The notes beneath the pieces are model-generated. The model had not been told where the DNA came from. It did not search any database and saw only the letters and a program-made list of their open reading frames with translations. This document shows, in pieces, positions 34,929 to 44,812 of a DNA stretch of 64,000 nucleotides (position 1 is its first letter; each line of letters starts with the position of its first letter). The translations under genes and the position numbers were made by a program. The stretch is from a virus (taxonomy: Duplodnaviria; Caudoviricetes): positions 1,418 to 65,417 of IMG/VR virus record IMGVR_UViG_3300031912_000009; one strand, written 5' to 3'.

Positions 34929-37007
34929 ATGCCGTGGGGTTCGGTTAGACTGATCCCTGGAGTTAACGTCGAGCGCACGCCAACGCTGAACGAAGCAGGC
35001 GTGTCGTCGTCGCAGCTCATCCGTTACCGCGACGGATTGATCCAGAAGTTCGGTGGCTGGTCGTCGTATCTTAGCACGACGACACTCGGTGTTCCGCGAG
35101 CGTTGCATGCTTGGGAAGACCTGAACGGTAGCACTTGGTTAGCAGTCGGCACGCCATCACAGTTAGCAATCATTCCGAATGGTACGACGATCATTGATAT
35201 CACGCCGCAAGTTTTCACATCGTCGTCAATTGCAACGTCTACGTTTATCATTAATTGGGAGATTGGTGGCCAAACAGTTCAATTTTTAGATTCAGCTATT
35301 AAGCCCAGCTATACGGCGGCTGGTCCCAGTATTGTCAGTTCGATTACTCCGAATATCGATGCGATCTATTTTAACACGCCAGTCGGTCTTCAGACTGCGG
35401 TGTTGAATGAGTACTTCAGTGGATTTTTTACGTCCGGCGTTCAAGTGCCTGGAGCCGGGACGACAGCATTTTCGGTGGGTTTAAGCATACCGCAAGGTCT
35501 TGGCAATGGGAGTGCAGCTACTTTTCTACCCCAGTTTACTACGCTTGCGGGGAGTGCCTATGTTCAGGTCAGTCGTGTTCTGGTTGGTGCGGCTCATTTA
35601 CAACAAGGGAGTGTTATCAATTTTGATATTCCGACTACTGCTAACGGTGTGACAATTTCTGGAGCTTATGTAGTCCAAACACCCACTACAGGAAGCAGCT
35701 TTTATATTTTAGCCAGCCAAATTGCCACTGGTTCAGGCACTTTTTCAATGAACAGCGGCAACGTTTCTTTAACATACTATCTTGCGGTTGGTGTTTCTCC
35801 AGGCAATGAAATGACTGGGACCAAACTGTCAGCGGCTGATTGGTCACTGGCGAATTGGGGAGAGATATTACTTGCGTGTCCAAGCAACGGCCCGATATTC
35901 CAATGGTTTGCCGGCAATGAAACCTTGACGGCTAATCCGGTTGGCACGGCACCAGCAAAAAACGGTGGCATTTTCGTTTCAAATGCGCAGCAAGTTTTGA
36001 TCTGCTGGGCTTCGTCTGGATCGCCGAACCAAACTGGAAGTGCCTTTGGGGTGATACAAAATCCGTTGCAAGTGGCGTGGTCGAATGTTGGTGACTACAC
36101 CACATTCGGCGCGTCTTCGACCAATCAAGCCGGATCATTTGTGATCCCATCTGGCAGCACTTGCCGTGGCGGCATGTCGGTGGCGTCACAGAATATCATT
36201 TGGACTGACATCGATTGTTGGGCCATGAATTATCTTGGCTTCCCGTTGGTTTACGGTTTCTCCAAGATCGGTGCAGGAGCTGGCTTGATCGCACAGCATG
36301 CTACAATGCTGTTACGAGGTGTGGTCTATTGGATGGGGCCAAGCAATTTCTTTCGTCTTACCGGCAATGGTGTCGAAGTCATTCCGTGTCCGGTCTGGGA
36401 CTTTGTATTTCAAAATATGAATACGGCGCACGTTGCTAATATTCGCGCCATGCCAAACACGCCTTTTAATGAGGTGGGTTGGTTATTTCCGTCTGCCGCG
36501 TCGTCTGGTGAATGCGACAGCTATGTCAAATTCAATGTGACTGAACAAGGCGAGCCTTGGGATTATGGCACGATTAGCCGGTCCGCCTGGATCGATCAAA
36601 GCGTGCTAGGCAATCCGATATCTGCCGATCTTAACGGTAATCTATGGGTGCAAGAAACCGGCAACAATGCTGGTGGTTCGGCGATGACGTCGTCATTCAC
36701 GACTTCATACTTTATGATCCAAGATGGTGAAGACTTTGCTTTCGTAGATTTTGTTGTGCCGGATATGATTTGGGGAACATATTCCGGACCGAAGACCGCC
36801 AACGTTCAGTTGACTTTTAACATTGTGGATTATCCAGGCGATGCGCCACGAACCTTTGGTCCGTTCACCGTAACTCAGGGACAGGAATTTATCACACCGC
36901 GGATGCGCGGTCGGCAAATGTCAATCACCGTTACGTCTAACGATAGCGGTTCGTTCTGGAGGCTCGGCCGCATCCGCTATCGGTTCGCGCAGTCGGGACG
37001 ACGCTAA
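34929..37007 (+). CDS. Tail nozzle / DNA stabilisation protein (P22 gp10-like)
   Basis: 692 aa; IPGVNVE.T...IRYRDGLIQKFGGW start and PRMRGRQ...FWRLGRIR end; position after adaptors. Confidence 0.75.
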   Translation: MPWGSVRLIPGVNVERTPTLNEAGVSSSQLIRYRDGLIQKFGGWSSYLSTTTLGVPRALHAWEDLNGSTWLAVGTPSQLAIIPNGTTIIDITPQVFTSSSIATSTFIINWEIGGQTVQFLDSAIKPSYTAAGPSIVSSITPNIDAIYFNTPVGLQTAVLNEYFSGFFTSGVQVPGAGTTAFSVGLSIPQGLGNGSAATFLPQFTTLAGSAYVQVSRVLVGAAHLQQGSVINFDIPTTANGVTISGAYVVQTPTTGSSFYILASQIATGSGTFSMNSGNVSLTYYLAVGVSPGNEMTGTKLSAADWSLANWGEILLACPSNGPIFQWFAGNETLTANPVGTAPAKNGGIFVSNAQQVLICWASSGSPNQTGSAFGVIQNPLQVAWSNVGDYTTFGASSTNQAGSFVIPSGSTCRGGMSVASQNIIWTDIDCWAMNYLGFPLVYGFSKIGAGAGLIAQHATMLLRGVVYWMGPSNFFRLTGNGVEVIPCPVWDFVFQNMNTAHVANIRAMPNTPFNEVGWLFPSAASSGECDSYVKFNVTEQGEPWDYGTISRSAWIDQSVLGNPISADLNGNLWVQETGNNAGGSAMTSSFTTSYFMIQDGEDFAFVDFVVPDMIWGTYSGPKTANVQLTFNIVDYPGDAPRTFGPFTVTQGQEFITPRMRGRQMSITVTSNDSGSFWRLGRIRYRFAQSGRR

Positions 37008-37423
37008 TGCCAGCCTCATTAGATGACATCCTGACTGCCATCAAAGGCGCGACACAGAACTTGTCGAACCTGACGATCGCATTCGGCTCACCCGGTCGTA
37101 CCTCGCAATCGTTTACGACCTCGCCAGTCGCGAGCTACTTTAATTCAATCGCTAGCGCGGCTTTTGGAACTCAACCGTTTCAGGTCGTGGCGTTTAACGC
37201 CAATCGACGCGCCATATCGTTTCATAGTTGTGATCCGATGGGGAACACGACGATGTGGCTGACGACCAATACAACTTTTGCCGGTGCTGGAGTTCCGCAA
37301 GGCATCGCCTTGGTGCCAGGAATGAACTGGGTTATTGATGCGAACAGCGGATCGAACGCAGCTTGGTTTGCGATAGCGGGGAGTGGAACAACCAACAAGC
37401 TATTAGTGCTGGAGTACGTCTGA
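37007..37423 (+). CDS. Virion structural protein
   Basis: 138 aa, low charge, follows the nozzle. Confidence 0.65.
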   Translation: MPASLDDILTAIKGATQNLSNLTIAFGSPGRTSQSFTTSPVASYFNSIASAAFGTQPFQVVAFNANRRAISFHSCDPMGNTTMWLTTNTTFAGAGVPQGIALVPGMNWVIDANSGSNAAWFAIAGSGTTNKLLVLEYV

Positions 37424-39051
37424 TGTGGAAAGTGGTGGTAGCGGCGTTGTTCCTATTCCTGACGTTGGGCCATCCGGCGAAGGCGCAAAACCTGTTCGTC
37501 CCTAATCCGCCGTGTCCGAATAACACACAGCAGATCGCCAATACGAATTGGGTAAATACTTGCGCGATCCAGACCATCTTGGCTTCGGGCGGCTATATTA
37601 ACCCGAAGAACCCCCCGTATAATGCTGCCTGCGATGGTGTGACTGATGACACAGTTGCAATCCAGAACGCTGGTAACGCCGCTATCGCGGCTGGTCTGGC
37701 ATTATTTATTCCGCCATCTACCGGCGGCTGCATCATCTCGCAGAATGCTAGCAATAACTGGTCTCTGAAATTCACATCGCCAATCGTCATTGTCGGGTTT
37801 CCCGGTTATTCAATTCTGTTTCCAAAGTCTGGGACCAGTACCAGCGTAAACATGATTTATTTTGTTGGTACTAGCGGTGGTGCGCAACGCACGATCGTAG
37901 ATGGCATCATGATCGCTAATCCTTCAACAGGGACTTACGACGGTGGCAACGCACTGTTCTTTGATACAACAACCGTTGGCAATCTGTTTCTTCGTCCGCA
38001 GATAAGCCGAAACTATTTTGGTACACCTAATAGCGGCGGCGGCTGGTCAATCCAAGCTAACAACAATACTGGCAATACTAACGGTGGCTTTGCTTATGGT
38101 AATATTTTTGAAAATCTTATTGGTGCTGGCGCCGATTTCGAATCGTCCGGCGACAGCATCCGGATGGAACACAATGTCATCACCCATATCGGATCGAACA
38201 CCAGCGTCAATCCCGGCGCACAGGTCAACCTAATTACTAATGCTGGCAATTTTCAGTATGTCGGTAACAACTGCGGTATTGATCAACGCTGCATTTATGT
38301 CGAGTGTTCGGCAACATTCGATATCAGCGGCAATGAGCTTGAGAACAATAACAACTCCATCAGTGTCTCCAATGTAAGCCTTGATGCCAATGTCTGTGCT
38401 TTGGCTGGAGGCACCGTAACCAATAACGAGATCACGGTATTAGGCGGCAGCACTAACCATCCAGTGCCGATCTATCTAGGCGGCAGTCCTACCAGCGGTA
38501 TTGTTGTCGATGGCAATCGTATCGCAACGTTTGTCGGCTACACTGCAATTCTGATTGGAGGTAACGCAAGTAATACTCATATTGGTTGCAATAATTATTT
38601 TGTGTCTGTTAGCGGTCTGTCCACCATAACTGACAATTCAACTACAACCATCTATTGCAGAGCGCATTATTATGTTGGTCATAGTGTCCACTCGGCAACT
38701 TGCGCGACCAATACAACGTGCTGGTTCTTGAACGATATTCAAACGTCAGGCGATGTTTTTGTTTACAACCGCACACCACTTGCCGGATTGTTTAAAGGGA
38801 TGCGGGTGTTTACTGGCAACGGTGCCCCCGGCGCCGCTCAGACCTACACAGTGACATTCCGCAAGAATTCAGCCAATACCGGAATAACCTGTACGATTTC
38901 TGGCAACGCTTCTAATAGTTGCAATGACACGTCGCATACAGTGACATCGTCGCAAGATGATCAATGGAACTTTTCTATCGTGACTTCTAACGGCGCAGCG
39001 GTGGCTCAAGATATTCAGTGGGTCATCGAGTTTGACCCGTACACACAGTGA
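37423..39051 (+). CDS. Tailspike-like pectin-lyase-fold protein with N-terminal signal peptide
   Basis: ATG 37423 after GGAG; MWKVVVAALFLFLTLGHPAKA-Q; IANTNWV; NPKNPPYNAACDGVTDDTVAIQNA (Pectate_lyase_3-type start); beta-helix repeats. Confidence 0.75.
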   Translation: MWKVVVAALFLFLTLGHPAKAQNLFVPNPPCPNNTQQIANTNWVNTCAIQTILASGGYINPKNPPYNAACDGVTDDTVAIQNAGNAAIAAGLALFIPPSTGGCIISQNASNNWSLKFTSPIVIVGFPGYSILFPKSGTSTSVNMIYFVGTSGGAQRTIVDGIMIANPSTGTYDGGNALFFDTTTVGNLFLRPQISRNYFGTPNSGGGWSIQANNNTGNTNGGFAYGNIFENLIGAGADFESSGDSIRMEHNVITHIGSNTSVNPGAQVNLITNAGNFQYVGNNCGIDQRCIYVECSATFDISGNELENNNNSISVSNVSLDANVCALAGGTVTNNEITVLGGSTNHPVPIYLGGSPTSGIVVDGNRIATFVGYTAILIGGNASNTHIGCNNYFVSVSGLSTITDNSTTTIYCRAHYYVGHSVHSATCATNTTCWFLNDIQTSGDVFVYNRTPLAGLFKGMRVFTGNGAPGAAQTYTVTFRKNSANTGITCTISGNASNSCNDTSHTVTSSQDDQWNFSIVTSNGAAVAQDIQWVIEFDPYTQ

Positions 39052-39058
39052 TCAGTGA

Positions 39059-40567
39059 GTGAATGTCATGCCAGCCTCTCAAGTGATGCACGAATTCAAG
39101 CACGGCAAGCTGCATAGCGGCAGCAAGAAGGGTCCGATCGTCAAAAATCGTAAGCAGGCGATTGCGATTATGCTGTCGGAGAAGCGCAAAGGTTATCAGT
39201 TCGGTGGCGCGCCTAACATGTTCGGTCAGAATAATGCGTTCGCCCCGAATATGTTTAGCTCCTCGCCCGTCACGCCTGCGATGCAGCCCGCTTCGCCCGC
39301 TACAACGATGGGGCCGCCAATGGGCGGCGGTTTTGGTTCGATGGGGGCGGGCCAAGGTCTTGGCATGGGTCAGTCACCGCAATTGCCGAACACTGCTGGT
39401 TTGCATCCCGATGCGACAGGCGGCTCGAGTTACGGTAATCGTGAGGCTCAGCCGGGACAGCAGCAATCGAATCAACTGCCGACTTGGATGCAAGGTGCTA
39501 CTGGATTGCCTGCCAATTTTCAGCAGCAACTAAGCTCGGCAATATCTGGCGGGGTCGGTTCGCCTGCGTGGCAAAGCCTGATGAACTTAGTCCCGCATCC
39601 TCAGCAAGATGACCAAGACAGGGGTAGGGAAGGCAGGGGTCGAGATGACGATGACGATCGACAACAGCAACAGCCGCGCACACCTCCGCCGACTTACTGG
39701 CCCGGTAACTGGGGTGCGGTCGGTGGTGTTCCAGCCGGCGGTCCTGGCACCGTAGCGGCCAAGCAGGCCGGCGGCGGGCTGCCATCGGCTGGCGCGTATC
39801 TAGAGCGTCAGGACTTCCGCCAGGACATGCGGAACATGACGCATACCGGGCCGATCATGTCCACGGTTGCCGGCCGCACAGATCACCATGCCATCAATGT
39901 GCCGTCTGGCAGCTACGTTCTGCCGGCCGCGCACGTCAGTGCCATAGGTCAAGGCAATACGCTTAGCGGCATGAAAGTCTTGGGCCGCATGTTCGGCAGT
40001 GCGCCATATGGCATGGGTGGTGGCAGCCGGGTCGCACACGGTCCTGGCGCCCCGAAAATCGGATTCGCGCGGCCACCGAAGCCTGTTGGTGGTTTCCAGG
40101 CTGGGGGAATGCCGGGTGATGTCAGTGTCGATGATGGCGGCAATATCCAACTAGCCGGTGATGTGGTCTACGGACCGGGTCGATGGGGATTAGAACCGCG
40201 GCCGACACCAAGCGATCGATCTCTCGGCGAGATGTTCATGGAGATGTCGCCGGCTCGACGCAAGGAATACGGATTGCCTGAACATCCGCCGCAGCCGATT
40301 CAGATGACGCCGAGAACCAGTGGGTTGGATGTTTCGGATTATGATTCTGATCTGTCGTCCACTGGCGGATCGCGCCACAGTATGACCGGCAGGCCTGTGC
40401 CGATCATGGCGGCCGGCGGCGAATATGTTCTGTCACCGCAGCAAGTCATGCGTGTTGGCAATGGAGATCTCAATCGCGGTCACCGCATTCTCGATGAGTG
40501 GGTGAAGATGACCCACAAGAAATACGCCAAGACAATCGCTAACCTCCCGCCACCGGCAAAGACATGA
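39059..40567 (+). CDS. Probable ejection/internal virion protein with N-terminal DUF6496-like module
   Basis: VMHEFKHGKLHSGS...NRKQAIAIMLSE; two copies of a (G/S)xYV..A/P..V..G.G motif. Confidence 0.65.
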   Translation: MNVMPASQVMHEFKHGKLHSGSKKGPIVKNRKQAIAIMLSEKRKGYQFGGAPNMFGQNNAFAPNMFSSSPVTPAMQPASPATTMGPPMGGGFGSMGAGQGLGMGQSPQLPNTAGLHPDATGGSSYGNREAQPGQQQSNQLPTWMQGATGLPANFQQQLSSAISGGVGSPAWQSLMNLVPHPQQDDQDRGREGRGRDDDDDRQQQQPRTPPPTYWPGNWGAVGGVPAGGPGTVAAKQAGGGLPSAGAYLERQDFRQDMRNMTHTGPIMSTVAGRTDHHAINVPSGSYVLPAAHVSAIGQGNTLSGMKVLGRMFGSAPYGMGGGSRVAHGPGAPKIGFARPPKPVGGFQAGGMPGDVSVDDGGNIQLAGDVVYGPGRWGLEPRPTPSDRSLGEMFMEMSPARRKEYGLPEHPPQPIQMTPRTSGLDVSDYDSDLSSTGGSRHSMTGRPVPIMAAGGEYVLSPQQVMRVGNGDLNRGHRILDEWVKMTHKKYAKTIANLPPPAKT

Positions 40568-41154
40568 CAGTTCGATACGCCACACGCCACGATGAACAAC
40601 AGCTAATGGACTTGTGCCATGCGCTGCATCAAGACAATGGTTTGTTCTCGATGGATGAAAGTTTGGTACGCGAGATGCTGTACCGTGCTTTCGATCGTAA
40701 AGGAAGTGTTATTGGGGTGATCGATGGTGACAGTGAAATCGCTGGTGCGATTTACATGTTGCTTAGTCACTACTGGTATACGACGCAGACACACCTCGAA
40801 GAGCTGTTCAACTTTGTGCGGCCCGGTTATCGCAAGTCCGGATACGCTGACGAGCTACTCGAGTTTTCCAAAGAGTGTCAGCGCAAGATTGGTGTGCCGC
40901 TGATCGTTGGCATCGTCAGCAATCATCGCACTGAAGCGAAGGTGCGATTGTACAGCCGGCAGTTCGGAACGCCGGCCGGCGCATTCTTTGTTGTTGGCGG
41001 ACAGTGGATACGCGACACTGAGCCGGTCGATTATCACAATTGGATGCACGACCATGATCGCGGCGACAACCGTCGCAGGCGCGGCAATACCATCATGGCT
41101 TTGCGATCGGCCACGATGACCACTGCACCCTCAATCCCGATGGGTGGAGGATGA
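40564..41154 (+). CDS. GNAT-family acetyltransferase
   Basis: VRYATRHDE, LEELFNFVRPGYRKSGYADELL (motif A). Confidence 0.8.
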   Translation: MTVRYATRHDEQQLMDLCHALHQDNGLFSMDESLVREMLYRAFDRKGSVIGVIDGDSEIAGAIYMLLSHYWYTTQTHLEELFNFVRPGYRKSGYADELLEFSKECQRKIGVPLIVGIVSNHRTEAKVRLYSRQFGTPAGAFFVVGGQWIRDTEPVDYHNWMHDHDRGDNRRRRGNTIMALRSATMTTAPSIPMGGG

Positions 41155-41155
41155 T

Positions 41156-44100
41156 ATGTGCGGCAGTAAAGGCACCCAGACCGTAACACAACAGCAACAG
41201 ACACAACCGAACCCGGCTGCCTATAGCGCTTATCTCTCGATGTTAGGTCGAGCGGGAAATGTTGCTGGTCTGCCGTTTGTGCCGTTCCCCGGTCAAGGCG
41301 TAGCTCCGATCAATCCTACGCAGTTGGCTGGGATCGGACAGATCGCGACCTCCGCGAGTCTCGCCCAGCCGGGATATGAGTTTGCCAGCATGCTAGATGC
41401 GGCAGCTTCCAATCCGCTGACGGCCGGCAACATAATGAATTACTACAATCCGTTTCAGCAACAGGTTGTATCAAACACCGAGAATTGGCTTAACACGCTC
41501 AATGCGCAACAGCAGCAACAAGTCATCGGCAATGCCGCTGCGCAAGGTGCGCTTGGTGGTGATCGGTCAGCAATAGCCCAAGCCATCACAGCACAAGGTC
41601 AAGCGGCAGCGGAAGCGCCTGTGATTTCCGGTCTTGAAGCGCAGGGCTACAATCAAGCACTACAAACAGCCGCACAACAATATCAACAAAATCCAGAACA
41701 AGCGGCTGCGATTATGGCGAGCTTGGCTGCCGGACAGCAGGGTGCTGCGCTTGCTGGTGGTCAGGCTTTGACGCAAGCCGGTACACTGCAACAGCAGACA
41801 CAACAGGCGCAGGATCAGTTTGCTTATCAGCAGTACTTGCAGCAGCAAGGTTTCCCTTATCAGGTCGCGCAGTGGCTCGCTGGCATCTACACTGGTGTCG
41901 GCTCGCAGATGGGCGGCACGGGTACAGCACAAACACAGCAACCGGCACCTAGCTGGCTGGCATCAGCGCTCGGGCTTGGAATTACCGGCGCCGGCATGTA
42001 TGCCAACTCTCAGAACCCTAATAACACCAATGTATTTTCTGACGAGCGATTGAAGGAGGATGCGGTAAAGGTCGGTGAGACAAAGGACGGTCAGCCGATC
42101 TATCGATTCAAGTTTAAGGGCGATCCTCGCACACATATCGGCCTGATGGCGCAGGATGTCGAAAAGAAACATCCGGAAGCGGTCGGCCTCGATGCGAGCG
42201 GATACAAGACAGTTGATTACGAGAAGGCTACCGACCACGCTGTTAAGCGCAAGGGTTATCAGGGCGGCGGGGTGCCGACCGGCCCCGGCTATACATTGTC
42301 AGGTGGATTCGCCGCGCCCTACGGCGGTCCGTATGGTGGTGGTGGTGGTCTATACGGTGGCGGCGGTTCCGGTATTACGCACGGTGCTGGGCCACCTCGT
42401 ATAAGCTTCCTGCCGCCACAACAGCAGCAACAGCAACAGGGCGGCCAGGACATCCTCAACAATGCATTAAAGATGGCCGGCAAAGGGGTTGGCCCTAAAG
42501 GATCGGTGGCGCCCGGTGGCATGGATGATCCTGCATTGCAGAGTGCGACCCCCGGCATTGGTGACATAGGCCTAGCCGGTGATCAGACGGCCAGTGTGGC
42601 AGGCTTGCCGGGTGCGGATGTGCTTGGTGGCGCCGATGTTGGTGCGCTTGGCGACGTGACCGCAGGAATGGGTGGTGATCTGCTTGGTGGTTCGTTTGAT
42701 CTTGCCAGCACGTTGCCGGCAATTGGTGACATCGGACTTGGCACTGACGCGCTAGCCGGCTTGGGTGGCGCAATGGCTGGTGGCGATCTGCTTGCCGGCG
42801 GCGATGCCTTGATGGCGCTTGCGCTTCTGCAATCCGGTGGTCGCGCCAATTATCCCGGTGGTATCGCATTGCCGGCTCGCAATCGTATCAATCTACCGAT
42901 GCGCGGCGGTTTAGGCATGCCGTCCTTTGTGCGAGGTACACCGCAGAAGGGCTATCAGGAGGGTGGCAGTCCGCAATTTGCCGATCCATCCGATACGGTA
43001 GCCGAAGCCATAATGAAGAATCAGGAGATCGCACAGGAGCTAACACCGCAGTCTACTGATGCCGGCCTTGCCGCTTTTAACGATACGAGTAAGCCGAATT
43101 GGCAACGTGTTGGATTGTCTGGTCCGCCATCGGCTGCGCAGTTATCGGATGCTGACAGTCCGCAGGCAGCCGCAATGGCAAATACGATCCGGCGCAATCT
43201 GTCTGGATCGTCACCGATGATGTCTGCGTCATACGCGCCAGGAAGCGATGCTGCTTCTGCCATTGCGAATGTGGTCGGTCGGCCGCGGACCGGCATGGCA
43301 TTAGGCTTTGCAGGCGCACCGGGCGAGGACGGTGGTGTGGGTGGTGGATATACGCCGACTGAAATGCCGACACCTCCACCAGCATCACGACGAACGCCAC
43401 CGACCGCACTGCCGGATTACTATTCGGGTAGTCCAGGCAGCGCGATGATCGCTGCCGGTCTTGGTATTCTGAGCCGTGTCGGTCAGCCCGGTGTGACTAC
43501 AGCCGGCGCCATCTTTGGTGGCGGCGCGCAGGGTTTGGCTGGTTATCTCGGTGGTCAGGCAAGCGCCGAGATGGAAGCACGCAAGCTCGATCAAGCAGCA
43601 AAGGCAGAACAGGATCGTATTAATATAGAAGGTCAGCGGTTGGATGTTGAACGTTATCGTGCAGGGCTAGAACAATTGCAGCCGCTTACTGGATACGAAA
43701 CCCCTGAAGGTCATCCGATCGGCATTGATAAGCGCCGTCCTGGCGTTGCTTATGATCTGGTCACTGGCAAGCAAGTCGATCCAGATACTGGCGTTCGAAA
43801 CACTAGACTTCAGTGGAAGCCGTATCCCAATAAGATTACCGAAGGTGGTGACCCGGTCATGCAGAATGGTCAGGGTCAATTTATGAATGCGACTACGCAT
43901 GAAATAATGGGACCGGGAACCAAGATTATTGATGCGAAGATCAATCCAATTCCAGAACAGGACGTTCAGTCGCGCGCCTATCAGTTAGGTCTGGGCGATA
44001 TGAAGAGTGCTTATTCTGGGTTCGGCTATGGTGACAGTTTAAACAAGCAAAGAGTTCGAACCGCAGCACTGAAGCAACTAACTGATAATGGAATGACGGT

Positions 44101-44812
44101 TCAGGAAGCTAGCGAATATCTTTCGAACCAAGAACAAGAATGGCATGCGCGCGGTATGGGATTGGGTGCTGAAGCCAGGACTGCGGCGACACGCGAAGCT
44201 AACCTGAAGATGATCTTGCGTGCGGCTGATGCTGCGGTGCCGGCTGCGTTAGATGCATCAAAGGATGTGTGGCGCACCGGCTTCGTGCCGCTGAACCATT
44301 TCATCCAGTCGGCTATGACCAATACTGGTAGCCCGCAAGAGATCAAATTCGGTATGGCTAACTTGCAGCTAGCCGAACACTGGGCCAGAGCTATGAACCC
44401 GACCGGCCAGATGCGCGAAAGCGATCGTGATCTTGCTTTGAAATATTTGAACACTGCGCAAAACCCAGAAGCATACCAAGCCGCAGTGAAGCAACTGCAA
44501 GTGCAGATACAGCGTGAACAGAATGCAGTGGCCGGCTTCAGGAAGGATAACGGCCGCGACGCGACGATGGGTAAATCTGATGGCTTAACTGCCGCTGACA
44601 ATCGGGCCGAATTGAATAAGGGAGTGGGTGGTGGTGCGACGACTACCACTACGACGACGACGCCAGCCCCGACTGCGACAACACCTCCAGCAACAGTTGA
44701 CGCCCGTGATATTCAAGCATTGAAAGACAATGCTGATAATCCGGCGGCTAAGGCAGCAATTGATAAGAAGTACGGAGCCGGCACTGCCGATCGTATATTA
44801 GGCAAACCGTAA
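41156..44812 (+). CDS. DNA ejection protein with internal peptidase S74-like (intramolecular chaperone) domain
   Basis: MCGSKGTQT start and Gln-rich N-terminus typical of ejection proteins; SDERLKED...IYRFKFKG...GLMAQDVE..HPEAV...VDY. Confidence 0.78.
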   Translation: MCGSKGTQTVTQQQQTQPNPAAYSAYLSMLGRAGNVAGLPFVPFPGQGVAPINPTQLAGIGQIATSASLAQPGYEFASMLDAAASNPLTAGNIMNYYNPFQQQVVSNTENWLNTLNAQQQQQVIGNAAAQGALGGDRSAIAQAITAQGQAAAEAPVISGLEAQGYNQALQTAAQQYQQNPEQAAAIMASLAAGQQGAALAGGQALTQAGTLQQQTQQAQDQFAYQQYLQQQGFPYQVAQWLAGIYTGVGSQMGGTGTAQTQQPAPSWLASALGLGITGAGMYANSQNPNNTNVFSDERLKEDAVKVGETKDGQPIYRFKFKGDPRTHIGLMAQDVEKKHPEAVGLDASGYKTVDYEKATDHAVKRKGYQGGGVPTGPGYTLSGGFAAPYGGPYGGGGGLYGGGGSGITHGAGPPRISFLPPQQQQQQQGGQDILNNALKMAGKGVGPKGSVAPGGMDDPALQSATPGIGDIGLAGDQTASVAGLPGADVLGGADVGALGDVTAGMGGDLLGGSFDLASTLPAIGDIGLGTDALAGLGGAMAGGDLLAGGDALMALALLQSGGRANYPGGIALPARNRINLPMRGGLGMPSFVRGTPQKGYQEGGSPQFADPSDTVAEAIMKNQEIAQELTPQSTDAGLAAFNDTSKPNWQRVGLSGPPSAAQLSDADSPQAAAMANTIRRNLSGSSPMMSASYAPGSDAASAIANVVGRPRTGMALGFAGAPGEDGGVGGGYTPTEMPTPPPASRRTPPTALPDYYSGSPGSAMIAAGLGILSRVGQPGVTTAGAIFGGGAQGLAGYLGGQASAEMEARKLDQAAKAEQDRINIEGQRLDVERYRAGLEQLQPLTGYETPEGHPIGIDKRRPGVAYDLVTGKQVDPDTGVRNTRLQWKPYPNKITEGGDPVMQNGQGQFMNATTHEIMGPGTKIIDAKINPIPEQDVQSRAYQLGLGDMKSAYSGFGYGDSLNKQRVRTAALKQLTDNGMTVQEASEYLSNQEQEWHARGMGLGAEARTAATREANLKMILRAADAAVPAALDASKDVWRTGFVPLNHFIQSAMTNTGSPQEIKFGMANLQLAEHWARAMNPTGQMRESDRDLALKYLNTAQNPEAYQAAVKQLQVQIQREQNAVAGFRKDNGRDATMGKSDGLTAADNRAELNKGVGGGATTTTTTTTPAPTATTPPATVDARDIQALKDNADNPAAKAAIDKKYGAGTADRILGKP

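Noticed and set aside
37423-39051. Diversity-generating retroelement targeting the tail protein
   Set aside because: No reverse transcriptase and no template/variable repeat pair with adenine-specific mismatches was seen.
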